From positions 16,988,001-17,052,000 of the forward strand of contig NC_043022.1 of the NCBI RefSeq assembly GCF_006345805.1: a stretch of 64,000 nucleotides of DNA. The letters are read 5' to 3'. Below are positions 47,486-62,200 of this stretch, in pieces. Numbering within the stretch: the first letter of the stretch is position 1; every line of letters starts with the position of its first letter. Made by a program: the position numbers and the translations under genes. Below the pieces are notes generated by a model that saw only the letters and a list, made by a program, of their open reading frames with translations, ran no database searches and was not told the DNA's origin. Source of the stretch: Octopus sinensis. Its lineage: Eukaryota.

Positions 47486-47919
47486 ACTAAATCTTTCTGT
47501 TTTCACTTTTTCTTTCTTTCTTCCTTCTTTTTTTTTTTTGAGATTTTTCCCCCGAAAATATAAAAACTAAAAAATCTTTTTAAATCTAACGAACACTTTA
47601 ATTCAGTTATATTAATTTGTTCATTATTTTTTTTTTTCCCCCTCAATTATACATATTTAGGTCTGAAACCAGAATATATATGTATTTTTTTTTTTGTTTT
47701 GTTTTAATTGTATTATTTTTGTTATTAATAATATTTACTTTTTAGGAGGAGGGGGCATTATTAGCTTTTTTCTTTTTTTTCTCCTCTCTTACCAAAAGAA
47801 TTTTTGGAATTTCTGGACCCCTGCTTGCCCATTCTCTCTCCTTTTCAACTACTTTTCCGTCCCTCTACCTATCTCTATGCCATGATATACCCTTTAAGTC
47901 TTACACTATATATATATAT

Positions 47920-47966
<47 letters not shown>

Positions 47967-49561
47967 TGCACTCGTACATATCTACAAATGGTCCAGCATA
48001 TATCTAAATATTTGTTTGTTTTATATTGCTGTTTTTTTCTTTTTCCTTTTTCTTATTTTCTCCTTATTTTGATAAATTCTCCTCTTCCTCCTCCTCCTCG
48101 AGAAAACCACAAACCAACAACAACAACAACAATATAGCAAATTTGTTTACTTTAAATTCCAAACTCCCTCTTTTTTTTTTCTTAAAGAAAATATTTTTGG
48201 GGCTTCACCATGTTTTGTGTGTGTGTATATGTATATGTGTGTGTGTGCATGTAGTAGTAGGATTAGGATTAGTTAATCCTGTTGCCGTTCTTACTGGGCT
48301 AATAATACCAAGCTGTCTCTCTGGCTTTGCCCCTCCCCTCTTTTTCTCCCCTTCCAACTTGGTTCATGGCATTTAATGTGTTTTTTTTTATTATTTCAAT
48401 CTCAGAATAAATTATGCTAATTAACCAAACAAAGACGCATATTTTCAAAATGTCCCTTATTCCATGGACAGCTAGCTTTATTGAATTCTCCCTTCCATTT
48501 CCCTCCTTCTCATTTTTGCATGGCCTTAGATATTTGGTCAACAGCTTTATACACACACACATATAAATATATAGAGACAGATACATATGTACATAGTGTA
48601 TACGCATAGAATTAGGTTCAATGACTAAGGAATGTGTATATTGGCCTTGGGCAGGCTGTTCCCCACGGGACTTTCTGAGTGGCACAGCTGATGAGGAGTT
48701 GTGTCTCATGTAGTCCACTTCTCAAGAAAGGCTGTCCATTCCTGATGTATATACACAATGTGGACAGTGTGTATGTATATAGAAATGTGTGAATATGTGA
48801 GTATATTTCATCAGTTTGTATGTGCACTAACACATGGATACTGGCCTACAAAGAGTTGAAGAAAGTCTTTGTATGTATATAGATGAGGCACAGTCTAGGT
48901 GAAGGGTTTCAACTGTTTCACTTTGCTTATGTTGCTAACAGTTTTTGGAAAGGGTTGAACTCCATAGCATCTCTCCAATCCCTCTTTCTCTCTCTTTAAA
49001 AACCTATTAACTTTTACTGCTAGTCAATATAAAATGCCTGTTACTCCATCCATGAGTAACAGGGGGAGATGTCTGAAAGTGTAGAAACTCTAGTTGATGT
49101 ATACAGGTAGAGATATATAAATATATACACACACACATATACATACATACATACGTTTCTTAGTCACATCACTGTCTGCAGTTCAAATCCTTCAAGTGCC
49201 AGCTTGGATCTTTCATTTCCATTTCCTGTGTAGGTGTCTGTCTGTGTGTTCCATAGGAATAACAGAATGAGGATTTTCTTGTAATCCTATAATCTCTTCT
49301 ACAAAATTTACCTGAGTAAGAAATTGTTGTTGTTGTTATTGTTATTTAACGAGGGCGGGGGTTATGATGTGACATCCCAGCTGTTTCACCCCCTCCTCCT
49401 ATCCTATCTCTCTCTCTCCTCCTATTTCTGTTCTCAAATGACATCTGGGTCAAGAAAATATGTACCAGTAACCTAATGGGTAATTGATTCTGTGAACTAT
49501 ATTGCATCTTTACCTTTACACAGACAAGGCCTTGTACTTTGGCAAAAGAAATCATTATTTA

Positions 49562-49601
<40 letters not shown>

Positions 49602-50035
49602 TATTATTGGCATGTGGTGTAGAGAGTAAGATGTGAGCTCCTGGTGAGCCGAGTTCTACGAATTTCATTCCTGGTTGGAGACTGATGTCATTTTGCTTAC
49701 TTTGCTAAAAAAAGCATGAACATCTCAGAATCACACATTCTCTTTCAACTTTGTGAAGAATTCATCACTGTTGTTATTGTTGCTGTTCTTGTTGTTGTTC
49801 ATGATGTTTTTGTTGTTACAAATTGAGTTTTTTCAGTGATGGAGAGAAAGGACAGTGTGGTTTTGTGGTCGTTCGTTTGTTCAGCGATGACCTCCCACCC
49901 CACAAACCAGGATTCATTCATCCTCCTCCCCTATCCCTTTATTACACTGCTCCCACCCCCGACCCAATTCCCTAGTCTCTTTAAAATTAAATAAAATAAG
50001 ATATGGCCCTCATGCTTCAGGAAAAACTTATTGAC

Positions 50036-50112
<77 letters not shown>

Positions 50113-50260
50113 CGGGGAGTTCAAGGCTTAGGTCATGCCATAGAGCTTGTTACTCTGGCTTCTTAAAAACAAAAAATAAAATTTAAAAAAAATTTTGGTT
50201 TCGCAAGAATCCAAATTTGTGTTTAAAAAATGACAAAAATAAAAAGAACTTAAAATAAAA
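47486..50260 (+). other. HDLBP: Probable vigilin 3' UTR (end uncertain), U/CU-rich
   Basis: Follows the stop. AATAAA at 47481, 48406 and a cluster at about 49990-50260; few intact SINEs compared with the introns. Confidence 0.4.
50042..50110. repeat. Pure (TA)n microsatellite, about 34 units
   Basis: Uninterrupted TA run. Other long TA/TG tracts at about 1005-1220, 17720-17870 and 50640-50907. Confidence 0.95.
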
Positions 50261-50757
50261 TCTAGAAATTTCTTTTATTTGGGGACAAGGTCAGAAATTT
50301 GGAAGCAGTGGTATATTGTTGATTGAATAAAATATCTTCCCCAGGATATAACTGGTACTTATTTTTTTTTTGTATTGATCCTGTAAAGTTGGCATCGGTG
50401 CTGTGGGGGTTGAATTCAGAACATATATAATGATGATGATGATAACCACAGCAGCTAATATTACCAAGGAGAGATAATGTTAAACGTAAAACTACAGTAA
50501 TAATAATAATAATGATGATGATAATGATGATAATAATAATTTCTTTATTTTTGCCACAAGGATAACCTAGAGACAAACATTACTATGACATTTGTTACAC
50601 TATGATTTATACAGATGAAATTAAAATGGAGTGATATTGATATATAACATACATGCATATATATATATACATACATACATACACATATATATATGTATAT
50701 ACCTATGTAGTTGTGTGTCTATATATTTATGTATATGTGTGTATATATGCATGTATG

Positions 50758-50794
<37 letters not shown>

Positions 50795-50829
50795 GTGTAT
50801 ATATATATATGTGTGTGTATATATATATA

Positions 50830-50910
<81 letters not shown>

Positions 50911-51702
50911 TTTAAAAGCTAAAAACAATGGAAACCAAGAACTTCTGATCAGGGTCCTTCACTACACAAAATTAAAAATTCAATAATGATGATAATAATA
51001 ATAATAATAATGTAATGATTGACAATGAAAAATTGAAAATAATAATAATGATACTATAAAAAAATAACAAATTTATCAGACGGTTAGGGGTGAAATTAAT
51101 TGGTTTCTTGTCCCAAACTGTTCGTTACCAACTTTTTTTTTGTTTTTGTTTCAAAAACAGTTCATTACTACGAAAACTGAAATAATTAATAAAGAAATAA
51201 AAAAAAATAAAACCAAAACCATTTTTGTGTTTGGCTATTTTTTTTTTTCCTTTTTATTTTTAAAGAATTTTAAAAATCGTATTTTTTATTCTTGAATTAA
51301 GGCTTAAATATGTAAATCACGAGATTATTATTATTATTATTAACCAGGTGGTTAAATAATTTGTTTTGTCAACCATGTAGTTGGAGATTTGATCCTACTT
51401 TGGGGTACAAAGGCTTTGTTACTGCACCTATGTTGCTTTGTAGGTGGAATTTTGAAGGTGGAAATGGTAGAAGCTAACAAACGTGTGTGGCTGTGTGTAT
51501 GTAATCATTGGTAAATACTTGTGTCAGATGTGTGTGTATGTAAATACATATATATGTAACGTGGTTGGTGTTAGGGTGTCCAGCTGTGGAAAGCATGCCG
51601 AAACAGACAGTGGAGCTTGGTATGACTCCCAGCCTTGCCAGCTCCTGTTGAACCATCCAACCCATGCCAGCATAGAAAACGGATGTTAAATGATAATTGT
51701 GC

Positions 51703-51740
<38 letters not shown>

Positions 51741-54191
51741 ATGTTTATATATACATAGACATGCATACATTCATAATACACATGTATATATAATATACAT
51801 ATAGATGAATGCATGTATCAAATGTATGTTTCTATGCACAAGCACACGCAAACATATACTATACACATAGATAGATGCATGTATCACACACATACACATA
51901 TATACATGTGTATAAATAAATATATAAATTTCCAGGATTTGAGAGAATCCAGTATTTAAACAGTGAAAGCACCAATGTGAGGTCGATGGTAGCATAGGAC
52001 TGTGTACAAATGATGTACAGCAGCAAATTCGTACTCACTCAAGTAAATACAGGGTTGTTCCTCCAGTTATGCATAGATTCAGAAATGTCTAACTGAATGC
52101 ACAGTCAGTCATTAGGATCAGACATGGATGTATTTGCTGCATCCAATGCACTGCTGTCTGCAGACTTCAGTTGCAAACAAGTTGCAAGTTCTGAGACTCT
52201 CACACATACATTGATAAGTGTATGTATACAAGCGCAGACACACATGATATACTCACAAATATAACAGATTGGTGAAGAATGACTGTATCAGTGTGAATCA
52301 ATAATACCTTGTGGTATTCTACTCCGTCCATTTCTGTCTTGGCTTCTTTTTCTACTTTTTAAGGTCATTATATTTTATCTGGCCTTTTTTTTTTCTTATA
52401 CATTTTGATTTCAAATCCTGCTGAGGTTGACTTTGTCTTTCATCTTTTTGGGGATCAATAAAATAAAGTACCAGCTAAGAACAAGGGTAAATGGCACCCC
52501 TCTAATTAAAATTGCTGGGCTTTCTATCTAAATAAGGAATCATTACTAAGACAGAGTCATTTGAGCATTGGACAAAATGCCATGTTGAGACAACTTCAAT
52601 GTTAAAGAATTCTTCGTATTTAGTTTGAATGCTAAATGGTTAAACTTCCCTTAACTGTTGAAGTAAGGCAGTGATCTGGCAGAACTGTTTGTATGCCAGA
52701 CAAAATGCTTAGGGATATTTCGTCTGGTTTTATGTTCAAATTTCGCTGAAAGTCGACCTTTTCCTTTCATTCTTTCAGGGTCAATAAAATAAGTACCAGT
52801 TGGGCACTGGAGTCAATGTAATTGACTAAAAACCTCCCACATTTCAGGTCTTGTGTCTATGCAAAAAAGGATAATTAATTGCTCAAGTCTGTTCTGTTGG
52901 ACCTTGTGGGGGAGAGAATCTGGTTTATCAACAAATTGTTACATAAAAATACAAATTTACATTAAATTGAAGGGGCAGGGGTGGGGTATTAGGAGTAAAA
53001 TAAATACTATTATTAATAAAGATTGTCTCTAATTTAGGAATAGGACTTAATTTGTACCTTATTTTATCAACCCTGAAAGGATAAAAGGCAAAATTGCTTT
53101 CAGCAGAATTTGAACCCGGAATGTAACAAGTTGGATGAAGTACTGCAGAGCATTTTCCCAACGATTCTAGCTGCTCGTTACCTTAAATAATGTCTCCTTC
53201 GTTAGGCACAGAATCACCATTTTTGAAGGGATGGTGATGATTGAAATCATCAATCTGAATACAGGTACCTTCAAGATCAGTTAGGTACTATTATGGCTGA
53301 CCAGGTACCATTAAGACTAACCAGTTATCAATACAGACAGATGGCTAGCTAGGTACCATTATGGTTAGCTATGTGCCATACAATACTTTATTGTACATAT
53401 GAAAATCCAAGTCAGTCCAGATGCAGCACAGTCCAAGCTTTTGCCCAAGTTTAGAATCTAAGAACTTCCATCTGAAATCAAAACCATGATAGAAACTACC
53501 CAGACTGATCAGAACTAAACAGAATTCCCTAGTTTGGGTTATAGGAAATCTCACCATAAACATTATTGCTATAGGAAAATTCACTGTGAAAAAATATATT
53601 ACAAATAATAAATTTCAAAACAATTAAGATTAGTTGTTTCCTTAAAATAGTAAATTCGTCAACTAATTAGAGGAGGGTCATCTCTTTAAAATGAGTTACC
53701 TAGTTTACAGTCTGCTTGCATGCTTCTTTTATGGTGAATTTTCCAGACACACTTGCATTGACATTTAAAGAACAAGTTATGAGCTTAAGTAATACAAAAA
53801 TACTAAAACTATAAAGGGGCAGGGACCCATGTGGTTTCAGGTTCCGTTCCACTTGGCAGCACCTTGTCTTATCCTATAGCCCCAGGATGACCAATGTTTT
53901 GTGAGTGAATGTGGCAAGTGGAAACTGTACAGAAGCCTGTTGTGTGCGACCGAGAGATGTGTGCATATATGTGTTTACACACACACACACATATCATGTG
54001 TTCGATTCCCAGCAGGGTGTTGTATCCTTGAGCAAGAATCTTTATTTCTTGTTGCTCTGGTCCACTCAGCTGGCATTAAGGGTATGCATGACTGCGGTGT
54101 ACTCAGCCACTTGCATGTTAATTTCATAAGCAGGCTGTTCCATTGATCGGATCAAATGGAACTTACATCATTGCAAGCAACAGAGTGCCAC

Positions 54192-54241
<50 letters not shown>

Positions 54242-54589
54242 TATATACGTACTGTATCTGTATATATGTATGTGTGTGGTGCATGTAAGTGTATACATAT
54301 ATGTGTGCGTGTGCGTTAGTATTTGTCTCATCACTTCTCAACTGCCAATGTTGGTTTGTTTACATCTCTACAACTTAGCAAAGAGTGACTGATATAATAT
54401 TTACTGGAGTTGATTTGATCGACTGAATCCTTCAGAAAGATGCTCCAACATGGACACAGTGCAATGGTTGAAGCAAGTAAAATATATTTATGGAAAATAA
54501 TTTTGTTCATTGAAGTACATCTGTGTGTGTGTGCTTTTTGTTTCTTTATTTGGGTCTGTAGAATTTCAAATGATAATAATAGTAATAAT

Positions 54590-55912
54590 AATCTTTTCGA
54601 TTCAAGTCACAAGGCTTAAGTTTGGGCAAAGAGACTTTTAGATTACATCAACCCCAGAACACAACTTGTATTTATTTTAGCAACCCTGAACGGATAAAAT
54701 GAAAATTCAAACCTTGGCGGAATTTGAACTCAGAATGTAAAGCCAGAAGAAATGTCACTAAACATTTTGTCCAATGCACTCATGATTTTGCTGCTCACAT
54801 CATCATCATTTAACGTCCATTGTCCATGCTGGCATGGGTTGGACAGTTTGATCGAAAACTGGTAGACCAGAGGGGCTGCACCAGGTTCCAATCTAGTTTG
54901 GCCGGTTTCTAAGGCTGGATGCTTTTCCTAATGCCAACCACTCCAAGAGGGTAGTGAATAATAAAGGTTTCGCTACCCTCTTGAGGGGAGGGGCAAGTCG
55001 ATTACATTGACCCCAATAATTAACTGGTACTTGTTTTTATCAACTCTGAAAGGATGAAAGGCAAAGGCGACTTTGGCAGAATTTGAACTCAGAACATAGC
55101 AACAAACAAGATGCTGCTAAAGATTCTACTAACCTGCTGCCTTCATCTTTTCTTCTTTTGGCACAAGGTCTAAAACTTTGGGGTTGGTGGCCAGTTGAGG
55201 ACATCGACTCCAGTGTTCAACTGGTACTTATTTTATTGACCTCAAAAGGATAAAAGGTAAAATTGACCTTGGTGGAATTTGAACTCAGAAATAAAGACAG
55301 ATGAAATGCTGCTAAGCATTTTGCCAGATCACTGCTTTAATAATAGCTTGCTTACCAACCACATGGTTCCAGGTTCAGTCCCATTGGGTGGCACCTTGGG
55401 TAAATGTCTTCTGCTATAGCCTTGGGAGTGGATTTGGCAGATGAAAACTGAAAGAAGCCCGTCATATATATGTATGTATATGTTTGTGTGTCTGTGTTTG
55501 TCTCCCCACTGTCCCTTGACAACTGATGTTGGTGTGTTTACATCCCCATAACTTAGCAGTTCAACAAAAAAGACTGATAGAATAAGTATGTACTAGGCTT
55601 ACAAAGAATAAGTCCTGGGGTCAATTTGTTTGACTAAAGGCAGTGCTCCAGCATGGCCAGTCAAATGACAGAAACAAGAGTAATAATAATAATAATAATC
55701 CTTTTTACTATAGGCACAAGGTCTGAAATTTGGGGGTGGGGGATAGCTGATTACACCGACCCCTGTCCTCAACTGGTACTTATTTTATCGACCCAGAAAG
55801 GGTGAAAGGAAAAGTCGACCTCAGCGGAATTTGAACTCCAAATGTGGAGACAGACAAAATACTGCTAAACATTTCACTTGGTGTGCTAACGATTCTGTCA
55901 ACTTGCCGCCAT
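54590..55912. mobile_element. Cluster of minus-strand family-A SINEs, an RTE tail and one plus-strand family-C SINE
   Basis: Same diagnostic blocks as above; the family-C copy is at about 55345-55680. Confidence 0.75.
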
Positions 55913-58900
55913 AATAAAAATGATAATAACAACAACAATAATAATAACTAGTGGTAGTGGTGGTGGTAGAGGTAGTAGCGATTGTGGTAGTAGTAGTAGC
56001 ATCATCTCTTGAAAAAGTTCTATTTCCTGGAAATTACTCGGAGCAATATTTTGTGATGAACTAATCAGTCTAATATCAATGGAGTTCAATCAGTGATTGA
56101 TTGATTAAATATATTTGATAATTTTCAATTAATGAATAAAACAACCAAGTTTATCATATTGTGTGACTGAGTGAGAATCTATTTTTAATTTTTGAAATTT
56201 TATAGTTTGTTTTATAGAAACCCCCCGTAGACAGAGAAGGATGGCAGTAAATTCCATTGTAGAATTGTCATGGCAATTAATCTAATCTTTAGGTTAACCT
56301 TTCAGCATTTAAACCAGCCAGATCTGGCTTGTCACACCTAACCAACAATGTCATTTTAAAGATGAACAATCACATCACCAAAATCTCAAAGCTATGAGAT
56401 AATGCAGGATTAATTGAAAACAATTTGAATAAATAAGGATTACATCTGACAGAATAATCTGAATGCTTAAAGGGTTATCCATACTTATATAAGTGTCCCC
56501 TTATAGCATTTAAATCAGCCATTTTCAGGGTCCAAACATTCATCTTGTTTTATGTTCAAACCATGTGACAGACCACATCCAGCCTCTCACACCCACCCTA
56601 CAATGTCATTCTAAAAATAAACAATCACATCATTGAAATCTCAAAACTACAAGATAATGCAGGATTAATTCAAATAAGGATGAAACTCGTTAGAGTAATC
56701 TGAATGCTAAAGGGTCAAGATTATTATTTAACTAATTATTGGTTAACCATATCATTTAATTATTGGTTAATTACATCCTTTATCTAGTTAATTACATCTT
56801 TTAACTAATTGTAGCTTAATCACATCTGTTCACTAATTTTTGGTTAATTACATTATTGGTTAGTTATGTTGTTTAATTATTGATTAATCTTGACCTTTGA
56901 TTATTCATTAATTACATAATTTAACTAATAAATTAGTCACATTCTTTAATTAATTCTTGGTTAATCCTGTCTTTTAACTTAAATAATGGTTGATGTGAAA
57001 ACAAATGGAGCCAGACTTTGTGGATCCATTCCATTAGGTTACATAATCAATGCCAATATATTGATTTTCTCCCACGCCTCTTCTCTCTTCTCTACAGAAT
57101 GTGGGTCTTTATACGCATCAAAAAATTTTAACAAAAGACAACCTAAATATTGGACATTTATCTTGAAATGTTTTAAAAGATTCTCTGTTTAAAAATTGTA
57201 AAATAAAACAAAATTTGATAATAATAATAAATAAATAGTATTTGAAACAAAAAAAAAAAAATTAAATTAAATGAAAAAAATAAACAATAGATTTGGAAAG
57301 AAAAATAGTCTGCAATAAATTTGCCATTGAGTGAAATAAAGATGAAATATATTCTAATGTTTTGTGTTGGTGTTATTCCTTTTGGTTTGATAAAATATGG
57401 CCCCTACAGGTTTTCTTTTCAGAACAGTGACAATAATTTACCACAAACTCAACTAATTAGAGAGACACCACTGGTGGCTCTACTTGTGATGCCATTTATG
57501 ACATCTCTTGTGACACCTTGTCTTCATAGCTGAGTCAGGTGTCTCCATCTAACCCTAACCCCATAAAGACCCTTGGGTGTCTTTATTGAAATCCTTACTG
57601 GTGCGAGACTTTAACCAACTCACCAGAAACCAATTGACCCGTGGTTGTATGATACAAAAGTCCTGTAAAACTGATCTAAACTAAACTCTTTCATTGAAAT
57701 TTCATGTTAATTTGTTCCAAACTTCAGCTTAAAGACAAAGTTACTTCTCTAAATTCTTTATTATCTTCAAAATTAATTGAAACGAAAGCAGTGGATTTCA
57801 AAAGAAATATGGTAACGAAAGGGCTAAATTACATTTGAGTTCGTTATCATTTTTACCAGTGTCCTGGGTTCTACAAAAGGTCACCGAAAACTGACCTTTT
57901 GTAGGACCTCTCAATAAAACATTTAAATGAAATAAAAACAGGTGACAATTAACCCTTAATCTGGTGATCCCCAACCTTTTCACCATCAAGGGACCTTTTA
58001 TTTAAAGGAATTTTCCCATATTACTGATTTTTTTTTGTTTTTTAAGGTCTGTCAACTAAATAATTTGAATTTATTAATTACTAACAAAACCGTTTTTCCT
58101 GTTTCATCTCCCAATTAGAAGATATTCGCAACAGGAGGAAGTCGATGCAGAATGGAAGGAATCCATTTCACTGAACAACTTTATATGGATGAGGAATTAT
58201 ATATAATGATGTATGAGTGAGGAATTATGTCAGGGATTAATGAGTGAGGAATTATATGTCAGGGATTAAAGATGACATTGGGGCTTGATGCAGTTGTGTA
58301 TCTCAATGCAGTCTTGTGGCTCAATGCAGCTCTGCACTGAGCTGCAGCACTACAGCTCAGTGCAGTTTGATGCATCCTTACTGCTTGATGTTCTTCCTCT
58401 CAAACTGTCCAACCCATGCCAACATGTAAAGCCGACATTAAATGATGATGAGGAGATGACATGAATAATGATAATCGAGTAATTAGATTCAAGTAAGTAA
58501 TTACGTGTTATTGAGTAATTAAACATTTTACACAACAGGCTTTGAAACTTAAGGAATATTCCACTAACTTCTGCTACATTTTTCTCCAAAAATGGCCAAA
58601 TTCTTCAGATTTTGGTCAGGAAGTCCACATAGAGAAAGAGAGAAGAGAGAGAGATCTATTGGACAAAAAAAAAAAGGATAATTAAACAAAACTTGAGAGA
58701 CTGTGTGGTAAGAAGCTTGCTTCCCAAACACATGGTTCCAGGTCCAGTCCCACTGCATGGAATCTTGGGTAAGTGTCTTCTACTATAGCCTCGGGCTTAA
58801 CCAAAACCTTGTGAGTGAATTTGGCACACAGATATATATATATATATATATATATAGAACAATCTTACTTAGAAATGTATGCGTGCGTTCAGTCAATATA

Positions 58901-59234
58901 TAAATAAATAAATAAAACATATGCATATATACATACATATATGTACGTACCTACCTTTACATGCATATATGGGTACAGGACACCAAAAAAACGTCGAACA
59001 CAATGAGAAACGAAAACATAACCACAAAACCGAGGAAATAGACATTTTTTTAAACAATGAAAAAATAGAGTACAGGACATTCAAACAAGGAAAATTCCCC
59101 TTCTTCAGTCGCCTTAATTTCATCTACTCCACGTTACTGCCCTGTTTTTGTTAACATTTTTGCCCCTCTGGAAAAAAACCTCAAATTTTATTTAATTTGA
59201 TTTCCGCGGGAAGGAAAAGTCATGTATCGCCTGA

Positions 59235-62200
59235 CCTTCGAAAAGGGTGGGGAAAGAACTTTCGAAATTCACAAGATCCGGGCTTTTCCCTAGTAAATTT
59301 TAGGAAAATGGATTTATTTTTCAATGAAATTTTATGGAAATACCTTTCAAATGGCATACATTACGATTATAAAGAAATTTATGGGGGAAATCTTTTCCAA
59401 AAGGGTGGGGGAAAGGGCTTCGAAAATTCAAAAGATCCAAGCCGTTCCCTCGTAAATTTTAGGAAATGGATTTATTTTCAATGAAATTTTATGGAAATAC
59501 CTTTCAAATGGCATACATTATGATTATAAAGAAATTTATGGGGGAAATCTTTTCCAAAAGGGTGGGGAAAGGGCTTCAAAAATTCAAAAGATCCGAGGTT
59601 TCCCTTGTAAATTTTAGGAAAATGGATTTATTTTTCAATGAAATTTTATGGAAATACCCTCCAAAAGGCATACATTATGATTATAAAGAAATTTATGGGG
59701 CAAATCTTTTCCAAAAGGGTGGGGAAAGGGCTTCCAAAATTATAAATAAATCCAAGCCGTTCCCTCGTAAATTTTAGGAAAATGAAATTTTATGGAAATA
59801 CCCGTCAAAAGGCATACATTACGATTATAAAGAAATTTATGGGGGAAATCTTTTCCAAAAGGGTGGGGGAAAGGGCTTCGAAAATTCAAAAGATCCAAGG
59901 TTTTCCCTTGTAAATTTTAGGAAAATGGATTTATTTTTCAATGAAATTTTATGGAAATACCTTTCAAATGGCATACATTACGATTATAAAGAAATTTATG
60001 GGGGAAATCTTTTCCAAAAGGGTGGGGCAAAGGGCTTCCAAAATTCAAAAGATCCGAGGTTTTCCCTCGTAAATTTTAGGAAAATGGATTTAATTTTGTA
60101 ATGAAATTTTATGGAAATACCTTTCAAATGGCATACATTACGATTATAAAGAAATTTGTGGGGGAAATCTTTTCCAAAAGTGTAGGGCAAAGGGCTTCGA
60201 AAATTCAATAGATCCGACCTTTTCCCTCGTAAATTTTAGGAAAATGGATTTATTTTGCAATGAAATTTTATGGAAATACCTTTCAAATGGCATACATTAT
60301 GATTATAAAGAAATTTATGGGGGAAATCAGTTCCAAAAGTGTAGGGCAAAGGGCTTCGAAAATTCAAAAGATCCGAACTTTTCCCTCGTAAATTTTAGGA
60401 AAATGGATTTATTTTTCAATGAAATTTTATGGAAATACCCTTCAAAAGGCATACATTACTATTATAAAGAAATTTATGGGGGAATCTTTTCCAAAAGGGG
60501 GGGGAAAGGGCTTCGAAAATTCAATAGATCCGACCTTTTCCCTCATCAATTTTAGGAAAATGGATTTATTTTGCAATGAAATTTTATGGAAATACCTTTC
60601 AAATGGCATACATTATGATTATAAAGAAATTTGTGGGGGAAATCTTTTCCAAAAGTGTAGGGCAAAGGGCTTCGAAAATTCAAAAGATCCGAACTTTTCC
60701 CTCGTAAATTTTAGGAAAATGGATTTATTTTGCAATGAAATTTTATGGAAATACCTTTCAAATGGCATACATTATAATTATAAAGAAATTTATGGGGGAA
60801 ATCTTTTCCAAAAGTGTAGGGCAAAGGGCTTCGAAAATTCAAAAGATCCGAACTTTTCCCTCGTCAATTTTAGGAAAATGGATTTATTTTTCAATGAAAT
60901 TTTATGGAAATACCCTTCAAATGGCATACATTATGATTATAAAGAAATTTATGGGGGAAATCTTTTCAAAAGGGTGGGGGAAAGGGCTTCGAAAATTCAA
61001 AAGATCCAAGCCGTTCCCTCGTAATTTTAGGAAAATGGATTATTTTCAATGAAATTTTATGGAAATACCTTTCAAATGGCATACATTATGATTATAAAGA
61101 AATTTATGGGGGAAATCTTTTCCAAAAGGGTGGGGAAAGGGCTTCAAAAATTCAAAAGATCCGAGGTTTTCCCTTGAAAATTTTAGGAAAATGGATTTAT
61201 TTTTCAATGAAATTTTATGGAAATACCCTTCAAAAGGCATACATTACGATTATAAAGAAATTTATGGGGGAAATCTTTTCCAAAACGGTGGGGGAAAGGG
61301 CTTCGAAAATTCAAAAGATCCAAGGTTTTCCCTTGTAAATTTTAGGAAAATGGATTTATTTTCAATGAAATTTTATGGAAATACCTTTCAAATGGCATAC
61401 ATTACGATTATAAAGAAATTTATGGGGGGAAATCTTTTCCAAAGGGTGGGGCAAAGGGCTTCGAAAATTCAAAGATCCGAGCTTTTCCCTCGTAAATTTT
61501 AGGAAAATGGATTTAATTTTATATGAAAATTTATGGAAATACCTTTCAAATGGCGTACATTACGATTATAAAGAAATTTGTGGGGCAAATCTTTTCCAAA
61601 AGTGTAGGGCAAAGGGCTTCGAAAATTCAATAGATCCGACCTTTTCCCTCGTAAATTTTAGGAAAATGGATTTATTTTGCAATGAAATTTTATGGAAATA
61701 CCTTTCAAATGGCATACATTATGATTATAAAGAAATTTGTCGGGGAAATCCTTTCCAAAAGTGTAGGGGCAAAGGGCTTCAAAACTTCAAAAGATCCGAA
61801 CTTTTCCTCGTAAATTTTAGGAAAATGGATTTATTTTTCAATGAAATTTTATGGAAATACCCTTCAAATGGCATACATTAAGATTATAAAGAAATTTATG
61901 GGGGAAATCTTTTCCAAAAGGGTGGGGGAAAGGGCTTCGAAAATTCAAAAGATCCGACCTTTTCCCTCGTAAATTTTAGGAAATGGATTTATTTTGCAAT
62001 GAAATTTTATGGAAATACTTTCAAATGGCATACATTACGATTATAAAGAAATTTGTGGGGGAAATCTTTTCCAAAAGTGTAGGGCAAAGGGCTTCGAAAA
62101 TTCAATAGATCCGACCTTTTCCCTCGTCAATTTTAGGAAAATGGATTTATTTTGCAAAAAAATTTTATGGAAATACCTTTCAGATGGCATACATTACGAT

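Noticed and set aside
48688-48737. CTGATGA...GAAAG in the 3' UTR
   Set aside because: Stem II is not adjacent to GAAA and no stem III/UH follows.
57549-57561. Telomeric (CCCTAA)2
   Set aside because: Only two units; expected by chance and not evidence of a subtelomere.
59085-59115. Minus-strand CTGAAGA in the repeat bordering the satellite
   Set aside because: No GAAA follows the hairpin; treated as an unclassified repeat end.
49-59154. Dozens of 60-130 aa ORFs rich in YIYI/CVCV/HTHT/IIII
   Set aside because: They are translations of (TA)n, (CA)n and (AAT)n microsatellites or of SINE bodies, not genes.
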